A stretch of 64,000 nt of DNA. It comes from an uncultured Lachnospiraceae bacterium. GTDB lineage: Bacteria; Bacillota; Clostridia; Christensenellales; UBA1242. Position 1 is the first letter of the stretch. Every line of letters starts with the position of its first letter. The DNA is taken from NCBI GenBank assembly GCA_964400145.1, contig CAYNTF010000002.1, positions 743 to 64,742 on the forward strand. Direction: 5' to 3'. Shown piece by piece: positions 1-7,592 of this stretch. Under the pieces are notes generated by a model. It had not been told where the DNA came from. It was given only the letters and a program-made list of their open reading frames with translations, and ran no database searches. A program made the translations under genes and the position numbers.

Positions 1-1205
1 AGTATGAAAACTTGCGCGGTATACGCTTTTGTCGATGCCACAGCAACTTCGCGCCCTGCATAAGTTGGCAAAATGAAGTCGGCAATTTTGTTCAGCGTGC
101 AATATGGAACATTCGTCACACACATCACTGACATGCCAAGTTCCTTGACCAAATTAGCGCATGCAATGGTGTCCGCAGTTTCCCCGCTTTGACTGACAAA
201 AACATAAAGGCAGTTTTTGGAAAAAATGTTGTTGTCATATCTAAATTCGCTGGCGATGGAAACTTTGCATTCCTTTTTGCAAAACTCTTGCACAAACCTT
301 GCGCCCAAAAGACAACTGTGATAGGCAGTTCCGCACGCTATAAAGTGAAAACTTTTGAACCTTCTTATTTTCTCAAAATCAAATTCCGATTTTTCTGTAA
401 AAAATTTGAAATATGTCTTTCTCAAAATCACAGGTTGCTCTTTGATTTCTTTAAGCATAAAATATTTTTCCGAATTTTCTTCTTCGAAAAAATCTTCAAA
501 AAAATCAATATTTTTAATAAAAAAGCGATTTTTTTTAATTTTTTTGCCATTTTTATCAAAAAAATTGATATTTTTCTTGCTCATAACCGCAAATTCGTCA
601 TCATCCAAAATGTAACAAAAATCAAAACGCCCAGCAAAAATGGAGATATCACTCCCCGCCATTGCGCCATTTTCATCCACCGCCACCATGAGCGGACTGT
701 GTCTTTTGGCGAGATAGATTTTCTTCTCACCCCTATGCAAAACCGCGATTGCAAAACTGCCAGAAACTTTTTCACACGCCTTCATCAACTTTTCCAAAGT
801 TGTGCCGTTTTGCACCGAAATCAAATTCACAAAAACTTCTGTGTCCGTCTGTGAAAGATATTCAACATCAAGTCCTTTTTTCAATTCTTCAAAATTTTCA
901 ACAATTCCGTTGTGAACCAACGCAAATTCTTCATTTGCCGACACATGAGGATGTGCATTATTTTCGCTGACTTCCCCATGCGTCGCCCACCTTGTGTGCC
1001 CAATCACAACATTTGCATTCAAGAAGGAGTCCAACTTTTTTTCTAAATTTTTAATTTGCCCCACACTCTTAATGGTCTTGATTTTGCCATTTTTCAAAAA
1101 AGCAATTCCACTGCTGTCATAGCCACGATATTCCAATTTTTTAAGTCCTGAAACAACAATCTCAATCTCATTTTCTGCGCCAATGCTTGCACAAATTCCG
1201 CACAT
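1..1205 (-). CDS. glmS: glutamine--fructose-6-phosphate aminotransferase GlmS, N-terminal ~401 codons (3' end lies beyond window start)
   Basis: Absent from the ORF track because it runs off the window. My reverse-strand translation from the ATG (cat at 1203-1205) gives MCGICASIGAENEIEIVVSGLKKLEYRGYDSSG, then VIGHTRWATHGEVSENNAHPH (~960-1020) and LYVFVSQSGETADTIACAN (~160-215). This is the Cys2 class-II amidotransferase head plus the SIS-domain SQSGET motif. AAGGAG SD at 1211-1216. The + strand ORFs 189..854 and 355..615 are antisense shadows. Confidence 0.93.
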   Translation of the reverse strand, partial: MCGICASIGAENEIEIVVSGLKKLEYRGYDSSGIAFLKNGKIKTIKSVGQIKNLEKKLDSFLNANVVIGHTRWATHGEVSENNAHPHVSANEEFALVHNGIVENFEELKKGLDVEYLSQTDTEVFVNLISVQNGTTLEKLMKACEKVSGSFAIAVLHRGEKKIYLAKRHSPLMVAVDENGAMAGSDISIFAGRFDFCYILDDDEFAVMSKKNINFFDKNGKKIKKNRFFIKNIDFFEDFFEEENSEKYFMLKEIKEQPVILRKTYFKFFTEKSEFDFEKIRRFKSFHFIACGTAYHSCLLGARFVQEFCKKECKVSIASEFRYDNNIFSKNCLYVFVSQSGETADTIACANLVKELGMSVMCVTNVPYCTLNKIADFILPTYAGREVAVASTKAYTAQVFI

Positions 1206-1294
1206 ATTTTCTCCTTGCAGTTTTTAAGCAATATATAAAAATATATGCAAGAGTTTTCTCGCATGTTAAGAACAAAATCAAAGTGCGCACATAT

Positions 1295-1834
1295 TCAATC
1301 TTGTTTTTTTATGAAATAAGTCAACATGATGTTGCCGTATCGTTTTTCATCCAGAAGGTCAAAATTGTCACAAACAACCCTGTCTTCTTTGGCATGTTCG
1401 CAGACAATAATCCCGTCTTCATTGAGCAAGTTTCGCTGATAAATTTTTTCCAAAACACTTTCATAAAGCCCGCTTTTATACGGCGGGTCAAGAATGATAA
1501 GGTCAAAACTTTTTTGACATCTATCCAAAAAAATCAAAGCATCGGATTTTATCACCTTTTGCTCAATGCCGATGTTTTTCAAATTTTTCGTTGCCATTTC
1601 GACACTTCGAAAGTCTTTATCAACCATCGTCACACTTTTTGCCCCACGACTGAGCGCTTCAATGCTCATCGCACCCGTTCCACAAAACAAGTCCAACACA
1701 TCCTTGTCTGGCACGAAAAACTGCAATTTTGTGAACAACGCTTGCCTAACCTTGTCCGTTGTCGGTCTTATGTGAGAATATTTATTTTCAATCAGTCTTC
1801 GACCTTTATATTTTCCCGAATCAATTCTAATCAT
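1295..1834 (-). CDS. rsmD: 16S rRNA (guanine966-N2)-methyltransferase RsmD
   Basis: 179 aa. MIRIDSGKYKGRRL...RPTTDKVRQALF N-terminus, SAM-binding DLFCGTGAMSIEALSRGA, catalytic ILDPPY motif; typical RsmD length. Confidence 0.9.
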   Translation of the reverse strand: MIRIDSGKYKGRRLIENKYSHIRPTTDKVRQALFTKLQFFVPDKDVLDLFCGTGAMSIEALSRGAKSVTMVDKDFRSVEMATKNLKNIGIEQKVIKSDALIFLDRCQKSFDLIILDPPYKSGLYESVLEKIYQRNLLNEDGIIVCEHAKEDRVVCDNFDLLDEKRYGNIMLTYFIKKQD

Positions 1835-1840
1835 AAGAAC

Positions 1841-1869
1841 ATATTAACATTTTTGCACATTTTTTTCAA
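1841..1869 (-). promoter_or_regulatory. sigma-A type promoter abutting the rsmD start (candidate leaderless transcript)
   Basis: Minus strand reads TTGAAA (1864-1869), 17-nt spacer ending in TGT, TAATAT (1841-1846), then 6 nt (1835-1840) and ATG at 1834. No Shine-Dalgarno. Confidence 0.55.
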
Positions 1870-1933
1870 CTATTTTAATATTTTTACATATAAGTTGTTA
1901 ATTTTATAAAAATTTACATAAGGGCAAAAATTT

Positions 1934-2932
1934 TTATTTTACCAAAATCTCCCCTCTTAAATTTGAAAATCCTGTCAAAATTTCATACGGAATTGTGCCT
2001 GCAATTTTGGCAAAATAATCGGCATTTGTCATAACTTCAACCTTATCTCCCACCGAAACATTTTCGTCAACTTTAACAAAAAAAGAGTCCATGCAAATCT
2101 TCCCAACCGAATGGTATAACTTTCCCTTGATTTTCACATCAAATCGCCCGCTCAAATCTCGCCTTAGTCCGTCACCATAACCAATCGCCACAACTGCAAA
2201 TTTGCCGTCACATCGCACCCGATAGCCCATTCCATAACCAATATATTCGCCTTTCTTTGCATAAAAAATCTTCGAAACATATGCGCACACACTCATAACA
2301 GGCAAAAGCCCTTTTTGCCCGTAGCCATACATCCCAATGCCCAACCTTAATATGTCGAACTCAAAAGGATATTTATATATTCCACTTCCTCCAAAGCAAA
2401 GCGGTGCGTTTTGCGTGATTTCAGCGCGTATTTTCAAAAAATTTTCATAGTTTTTCACTGTTTTTTTATAATTTTCCGCACACGGAAAATGTGTGCAAAT
2501 TGATTTCAATTTCACGCCTTTATCTTCCAACAATAAGTTCATCCTGTGCGCATTGAGCGATGTTTTGACGCCAAAGCGATTCATCCCACAATTAATCTTC
2601 AAATGCATATTATTTTTGAGCCCGTTTTGAATACATCTTTCAATGTCGCTTTCGTCGTCAACAAACACCTCCAAATTGTGTTTGTTGCATATTTTGAAAT
2701 CTTGCACCTTTGAGCATATCAACACCGTTTTGTCGGTAAGTTTTCTGACCGCCACACCTTCATCAACATTAACAACCCCGAACGCATCAACCGAACTCTC
2801 CACAAGTTTGACAATTTCTCGCAAACCATGCCCATATGCATTCGCTTTGACCATAGCGCAAATTTTTTTATTTTCAAACTGCGACAAATTGAAAAGCAAG
2901 TTGTCCTTATACAAAATTTTTTGAGTTTTCAT
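1934..2932 (-). CDS. alr: alanine racemase (short form, 332 aa)
   Basis: PLP-lysine motif AMVKANAYGHG near the N-terminus, later GIGMYGYG and IGYGDG blocks typical of Alr. About 30-40 aa shorter than most Alr proteins. Confidence 0.85.
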   Translation of the reverse strand: MKTQKILYKDNLLFNLSQFENKKICAMVKANAYGHGLREIVKLVESSVDAFGVVNVDEGVAVRKLTDKTVLICSKVQDFKICNKHNLEVFVDDESDIERCIQNGLKNNMHLKINCGMNRFGVKTSLNAHRMNLLLEDKGVKLKSICTHFPCAENYKKTVKNYENFLKIRAEITQNAPLCFGGSGIYKYPFEFDILRLGIGMYGYGQKGLLPVMSVCAYVSKIFYAKKGEYIGYGMGYRVRCDGKFAVVAIGYGDGLRRDLSGRFDVKIKGKLYHSVGKICMDSFFVKVDENVSVGDKVEVMTNADYFAKIAGTIPYEILTGFSNLRGEILVK

Positions 2933-3282
2933 ATTTAAGATATATAATTTTTATAAACATTTTGTCACTTATTCGCCACTTCTTTTTGAGTTTTATTAAT
3001 GCTTACATTTTTCGCCAATAAAACATCCCAGCCAAATGAAACCAAAATCAATGAATAGCACTTTCATAATTTAAGTTTTTAAAAAATCTGAAATTGATTA
3101 AAAAATGAACTGATAAGGAATCAGTTTACCAATAAAAATTGACTTTAACAAAATATAAATTAAAAAAAATTAAAAAATTGTTGAAAAATACTGACAAAAC
3201 GATATCATCGTGCCATTATAATGCCGTCACTTTTAAGTAATTTTTGTCGAATTCTAGTAAAATCAAAGTTAGGAGGACAATT

Positions 3283-3465
3283 ATGGAAGATTTGCCAAAA
3301 TTTACATTAAGAATTTCAAAGTCTTTACATGAAAAACTCAAATACACCGCAATTTACAACGGCAGAAGCAAAAATCGCGAAATTGAAATTGCATTAAAAA
3401 GATATGTCAGAGATTTTGAAAGATTGCACGGCAACATTGAAATTGATGAAGATTTAGACGATTAA
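3283..3465 (+). CDS. Arc/CopG-type ribbon-helix-helix DNA-binding protein (60 aa)
   Basis: MEDLPKFTLRISKSLHEKLKYTAIYNGRSKNREIEIALKRYV fits the beta-strand/helix/helix Arc-like pattern (F.LR.p..L..kl...A...gRS.N.EI). I prefer the ATG at 3283, which follows AGGAGG (3271-3276), over the ORF-track start at 3244. Confidence 0.7.
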   Translation: MEDLPKFTLRISKSLHEKLKYTAIYNGRSKNREIEIALKRYVRDFERLHGNIEIDEDLDD

Positions 3466-3480
3466 TTTCTGCAAAAATAG

Positions 3481-3509
3481 TTGACAAGAAAAAAAATGTG
3501 TTGTATAAT
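3481..3509 (+). promoter_or_regulatory. perfect consensus sigma-A promoter driving the tRNA unit
   Basis: TTGACA (3481-3486), exact 17-nt spacer, TATAAT (3504-3509). tRNA-Lys starts ~118 nt downstream. Confidence 0.8.
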
Positions 3510-3626
3510 ACATACACATAGTTTTTCATTACACTCAATCAAAAATGACGAAAACTATGCAAAGCCAGCCAAAAATGCATCATATGCACGCAACACGCTG
3601 AGCTGAAAAACCAAACATAATATCAT

Positions 3627-3702
3627 GGACTGCTAGCTCAGTTGGTAGAGCATCTGACTCTTAATCAGGGGGTCCAGGGTTCGAGCCCCTGGCAGTCCAC
3701 CA
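3627..3702 (+). tRNA. tRNA-Lys (anticodon CUU), CCA encoded
   Basis: Manual fold: acceptor GGACTGC/GCAGTCC, D arm GCTC-AGTTGGTA-GAGC, anticodon stem TCTGA/TCAGG with loop CTCTTAA (CTT), T arm CAGGG-TTCGAGC-CCCTG, then A-CCA. 76 nt. Confidence 0.95.
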
Positions 3703-3877
3703 GCCTTTACGGAACTATTCCAAAGGCAAAAGCCCTGAAAGGATTGTCTTTAACAAAGTTTAAAAACATATTCTTTCAAACACACTTCGTCGATAAAACT
3801 TTGTGCTGACATTGGATGTGCTTGAAAAAGACAAGTCATAAAAAGCGACAAAAATTATACGACGAAAGAATAAAAAT

Positions 3878-3963
3878 GCCGAAGTGGCGGAATGGCAGAC
3901 GCACGGGACTCAAAATCCCGCGAGGGCAACTTCATGTGGGTTCGACTCCCACCTTCGGCACCA
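3878..3963 (+). tRNA. tRNA-Leu (anticodon CAA), long variable arm, CCA encoded
   Basis: Manual fold: acceptor GCCGAAG/CTTCGGC, anticodon stem CGGGA/TCCCG with loop CTCAAAA (CAA), ~16-nt variable arm, T arm GTGGG-TTCGACT-CCCAC, then A-CCA. 86 nt. ORFs 3816..4187 and 3892..4080 overlap it and are spurious. Confidence 0.95.
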
Positions 3964-3964
3964 A

Positions 3965-3990
3965 AGTCCGTAACAAATACGGATTTTTTT
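3965..3990 (+). terminator. rho-independent terminator after tRNA-Leu
   Basis: AGTCCGTA-acaaa-TACGGATT hairpin followed by T7 (3984-3990). Confidence 0.8.
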
Positions 3991-4130
3991 ATTTACAGTC
4001 AGACTTACCCCCCACGCATCAGATTTTCCTGTTTCCATGCGAGATTTCAAATCCTACGAATATTTTTTCACTTCTCATGATGCCAAAACGAAAAAATGAC
4101 CAATTTTGTCGAAAAAAATCTATATTTCAT

Positions 4131-4159
4131 TTGAAAAGATTTGAAATTTGTGATATAAT
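4131..4159 (+). promoter_or_regulatory. sigma-A promoter with extended -10 for the GT2/GT80-like pair
   Basis: TTGAAA (4131-4136), 17-nt spacer ending in TGA, TATAAT (4154-4159). GGAG SD and ATG at 4184/4187 follow. Confidence 0.7.
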
Positions 4160-4183
4160 AAATTTAACAATAATTTTGGAGTT

Positions 4184-5485
4184 ATGATGGAAGTTATATC
4201 GCTGATTAATTTTATTGTATCCATTCTTTTTAGTGTTCTGTTTGCATACAAAATTGTTATTGGAATGATTGGACTTTTCACAAAACGAAAATTTCCAAAT
4301 GCAAAAAAGAACCATACTTTTGCCGTCCTGATTGCTGGTAGAAACGAAGAAAAAGTGATTGGACAACTGATTCAGAGTATTGCAAATCAAAAATACGATA
4401 AAAGTTTGATATCAATTTATATCGTTGCAGACAACTGCACAGACAACACTGCTGAAATTGCAAGACAAACATTGCGAAACAATAATTGCAACGGTCAAGT
4501 TTTTGAGCGTTTCAATACAAATTTAATTGGAAAAGGCTATGCGTTAGATTTTCTATTAGAGAGAATAAAAGAGAATCCAGAAATAGATGAAAATCAAATC
4601 GACGCATTTTTGGTCTTTGATGCCGACAATTTGTTGGATGAAAATTACATATTTGAAATGAACAAAGTTCTTGATGCTGGTTATGAAATTTCAACAAGTT
4701 ATCGAAATTCGAAAAATTTTGATACAAATTGGATATCAGCAAACTCTGCAATGATGTTTCTGCGTGAATGTCGTTTTATCCACACCCCAAGATCAATCTT
4801 AAATTCAAGCACTTTCATTTCTGGCACAGGATTTATGGTCAGCACAAAAATTCTGAACACCAAAACAGGATGGAAATACACCACTCTCACTGAAGATATT
4901 GAATTTTCGACATGCCAGATTGCGAAAGGAAAAACAATCACATACTGCGATGATGCTGTCTTTTACGACGAACAACCTGTCACCTTCAAAGCAAGTTGGA
5001 ACCAAAGAATGAGATGGCAAAAAGGTTTTTATCAATGTTTTGCAAAATATTTTTTGTTCTTGATTTCCACATTGTTCACAAGCCACTGGTTTGCCACCTA
5101 TGAGATGATGATAATGATTTTCCCTTTCACAATTTTCTCTTTCTTTTGGACAGTTTTTTACTATATATACGCTTTTGTCTATCACTTATTCTCGCACATT
5201 CAATTTATAGGTTCCACATTTATGGAAATTTTAGTGGGAGGGGTGACACTGCTCATAATTTTCTACCTTTTAATTTCTTTATACGGCTTTCTAATCTTAA
5301 TTACGGAAAGAAAGCGAGTGAAATCAACATTTTGGCAAAAAATAAAATATAGTTTAACTTTTCCAATATTTCTCGCCTCCTATATTCCGATTGCTATTGT
5401 TTGCCTTTTCAAAAAAGTTAAATGGAAACATATCCCCCATGAAGACTCAAGAACAATCGATGAAATAAATCAACTCAAAAAATGA
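4184..5485 (+). CDS. membrane-embedded processive family-2 glycosyltransferase (synthase type: D,D,D,QxxRW)
   Basis: 433 aa. N-terminal TM helix, FAVLIAGRNEEKVIGQLIQSI...IYIVADNCTDNT (GT-A fold), FDADN, TEDIEFS (TED motif), QRMRWQKG (QxxRW, ~5002-5025), then several hydrophobic C-terminal helices. The architecture resembles PgaC/IcaA/BcsA/HAS-type synthases. Confidence 0.85.
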   Translation: MMEVISLINFIVSILFSVLFAYKIVIGMIGLFTKRKFPNAKKNHTFAVLIAGRNEEKVIGQLIQSIANQKYDKSLISIYIVADNCTDNTAEIARQTLRNNNCNGQVFERFNTNLIGKGYALDFLLERIKENPEIDENQIDAFLVFDADNLLDENYIFEMNKVLDAGYEISTSYRNSKNFDTNWISANSAMMFLRECRFIHTPRSILNSSTFISGTGFMVSTKILNTKTGWKYTTLTEDIEFSTCQIAKGKTITYCDDAVFYDEQPVTFKASWNQRMRWQKGFYQCFAKYFLFLISTLFTSHWFATYEMMIMIFPFTIFSFFWTVFYYIYAFVYHLFSHIQFIGSTFMEILVGGVTLLIIFYLLISLYGFLILITERKRVKSTFWQKIKYSLTFPIFLASYIPIAIVCLFKKVKWKHIPHEDSRTIDEINQLKK

Positions 5486-5515
5486 AAAAAGATGTGATAA
5501 AAAAAGGAGAAAAAA

Positions 5516-7231
5516 ATGAAGAAAATTTTGTTATGTTCAGTTTTAGCGATTTTATGTTGCTTTGCGGGATTTGTTTGCATTTCCTGTGGAAGCAACACCG
5601 TCACAGCAAATGTGACATTTGCGCAAGTTGAAGAAGAGCAGTTGATTGCCGTTGATTTTTCTGAAGAAGACGACATTGAAAGCATTGAAATTGTTGTCAC
5701 CCATGATGGTGAAGAAGTTTCAAAAACAACAATAACCAGCGAAGAAGAACTTGCAACCAAAACAGCAGAAGTCTACGCTTATTATGGTCGCCAAAAAGTC
5801 ACCGTCACAATAAATAAAATTGATGGCACCATTGCCACAAAAACCGAAGAAGTTTGTGTTTCGGCAAGTGAATATAACATTGCCCCAATTTCTGGCTCGA
5901 TGCCTGTTTTGTTGTTCACTTTGTCACTTTTCCAAGAAGATGGCGGAGTGAATAATGATGTGCCAACATTTGTTTGGTTAGACAGAAGTGGCGCTTGGGA
6001 TTGGGATTACCTTCCAGAAAATGTTTATCCACTTCCAACTGCAACTGAGGAAGAATACTTAACTGCAAATGTTAATCGAAGTTTGATGTATAACAAAACA
6101 AACGCATATATCAAAGAACTTGCTTCAATCAATGAAAATTCAGTGTTCAATCTCTATTTAAACGATTACGACACCGACCAATTCCTTTATATGATTGTTG
6201 CCAACGGCATTTTGGAGAGATCGACTTGCACTTATCTTTCAGATGGAGCATTCTCATATTCAATGATCAACAATGTGTTCAATGTTGAAAACGCAACCGA
6301 AAAATTTGAGCAAATGGTTGAAGAATATGAAACAACAAAAAATCAAGTGATTGAAAGAGGATATTACAGTTGGGACTCTGGATTTGAAGTGAACGGAAAT
6401 GCACTTCGCTCCTATTTGCTTGTGATTGCAAATGTGGAAGAAAATGTCACATGGGTTTTCCCAAGATTGAGAACTGATCACATATTGATTGACCAAGACA
6501 CAACCGATTTCGTTAAAAACACAATCATAGACACAACTAATGGAACAGTCTATGGACCGGGAATTGAAGAAATTTCCATAACAACAATTTTGACTCAAAT
6601 TCAAGCCGATGAAGATAAGGTCAACGAACTTAAACTTCTTTACAAATTTAACGATGATATGTTTTCAGAAGCATATGAAAACGGGAAAAAAGTTATGATG
6701 CTTTTAGGAAGTTGGGTTACGCTGGAATCTGATTTCGAAGAATACACGGCAATCACAAAACTTCTGTATGGAGATGAGTTTGTATATTATTATAAAGGAC
6801 ATCCAAACACCCCAACAGACATTTATCCTGAAAAAGTTGAACAACTTGAAGCACTTGGGCTTATCGACCTTGAATCAACCATAAACGCTGAATTGATTTT
6901 ATTCTTCTTCCCAGACATTTATATGAGCGGATACACATCAACAACTTTTGGTAGCATAGAAAACGAAGAAATGGCATGTATCTTTTGGGGTGCAACAAAA
7001 GCACAAGCCTTGGCAACTTCCAACCAAAACGCTGACTTGTTTGACTATTACGCATCCAAACTTTCTGCAGATGATAAAACATATGGTGCTCTTTTGACAG
7101 ATTCAGATCACACATATTTCCTGATTGAAACAAATGATTCCTTGAATGTGAGTTTTGAATTTGCGATATATGACAGCACCTGCGGAACAATAACATATTA
7201 CGATTCCAACCGCAGTGCAATCAGTCTTTAA
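5516..7231 (+). CDS. secreted or lipoprotein-like protein with a GT80 (PmST1-type sialyltransferase)-like region
   Basis: 571 aa. Signal peptide MKKILLCSVLAILCCFAGFVCISCGS. Motifs recalled from Pasteurella PmST1: YLSDGAFSY vs LYDDGSMEY; KVMMLLGSW vs KFIFTGTTTW; GDEFVYYYKGHPNTP vs GDHYKIYFKGHPRGG (HP motif, His codon at 6800-6802); INAELILFFFPDIYMSGYTSTTF vs ISFEVLMMTGLLPDKVGGVASSLYF. The family call is from memory of motifs, not from a search. Confidence 0.5.
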   Translation: MKKILLCSVLAILCCFAGFVCISCGSNTVTANVTFAQVEEEQLIAVDFSEEDDIESIEIVVTHDGEEVSKTTITSEEELATKTAEVYAYYGRQKVTVTINKIDGTIATKTEEVCVSASEYNIAPISGSMPVLLFTLSLFQEDGGVNNDVPTFVWLDRSGAWDWDYLPENVYPLPTATEEEYLTANVNRSLMYNKTNAYIKELASINENSVFNLYLNDYDTDQFLYMIVANGILERSTCTYLSDGAFSYSMINNVFNVENATEKFEQMVEEYETTKNQVIERGYYSWDSGFEVNGNALRSYLLVIANVEENVTWVFPRLRTDHILIDQDTTDFVKNTIIDTTNGTVYGPGIEEISITTILTQIQADEDKVNELKLLYKFNDDMFSEAYENGKKVMMLLGSWVTLESDFEEYTAITKLLYGDEFVYYYKGHPNTPTDIYPEKVEQLEALGLIDLESTINAELILFFFPDIYMSGYTSTTFGSIENEEMACIFWGATKAQALATSNQNADLFDYYASKLSADDKTYGALLTDSDHTYFLIETNDSLNVSFEFAIYDSTCGTITYYDSNRSAISL

Positions 7232-7290
7232 TTTGTCATTGTCACTATAATTATAAAATATCATCACAATCACAAAAAGTTAATTTAAAA

Positions 7291-7329
7291 ATTGCTAATG
7301 TTTATCAATCAACATCAGCAATTTTTTTT
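7291..7329 (+). terminator. rho-independent terminator after the GT80-like gene
   Basis: ATTGCTAATGTT-tatcaatc-AACATCAGCAAT (one mismatch) followed by a T8 run. An A-run before the stem makes it potentially bidirectional. Confidence 0.75.
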
Positions 7330-7492
7330 ACATTTTTTTATATCTCGCCATCACCCACACAACTTCGCTCCCATTCAGCACAAACGAAAGCAATAAAAAT
7401 TGCAAAAGAAACTCATATTTTCTTAAAAAATAAGAACTTTTTTTGATAAAGAAGATTTTTTCTATCTGCGATATGCGTTCATTTTTATAGCC

Positions 7493-7524
7493 AAAAAATA
7501 AAGTTGTCAAAACAAGACAACTTT
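7493..7524 (-). terminator. rho-independent terminator after gatB
   Basis: Perfect 9-bp stem AAAGTTGTC/GACAACTTT (7500-7508 / 7516-7524) with a 7-nt loop. On the minus strand it is followed by TTATTTTT. Confidence 0.75.
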
Positions 7525-7592
7525 ATTTATTAAAAACACTTTTAAATAAGATGTATAAAGCCTAAAATACTTATTAAAATAAATCTTATATC

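Noticed and set aside
189-970. + strand ORFs 189..854 (221 aa), 355..615 and 749..970, listed in the ORF track at the window start.
   Set aside because: Their products are low-complexity and F/K/I-rich. They lie antisense to a convincing glmS reading frame (MCGICASIG..., GHTRWATHG, SQSGETADT) that the track omits because it runs off the window.
1206-1294. Looked for a glmS ribozyme upstream of glmS, as is common in Firmicutes.
   Set aside because: Only 89 nt separate the glmS ATG from the rsmD stop, which is too short for the ~170-nt ribozyme core. I saw no matching conserved core segments. A proper covariance-model scan would settle it.
2996-3067. A 23-codon hydrophobic mini-ORF (MKVLFIDFGFIWLGCFIGEKCKH) on the minus strand upstream of alr.
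   Set aside because: It has no Shine-Dalgarno or promoter-abutting layout, it is very short, and it lies in AT-rich DNA where such ORFs arise by chance.
3816-4187. ORFs 3816..4187 and 3892..4080 (+), and 4127..4390 (-).
   Set aside because: They overlap tRNA-Leu, its terminator and the GT2 promoter. No SD, and the composition is not protein-like.
4776-4784. A perfect DnaA-box 9-mer TTATCCACA.
   Set aside because: It is a single copy inside the GT2 coding sequence. No cluster, no adjacent AT-rich unwinding element and no dnaA/dnaN nearby, so this is not an origin.
7328-7510. A 60-aa ORF on the minus strand between the GT80-like gene and gatB.
   Set aside because: It lies between two terminators in A/T-rich spacer, has no SD, and its sequence is low-complexity.
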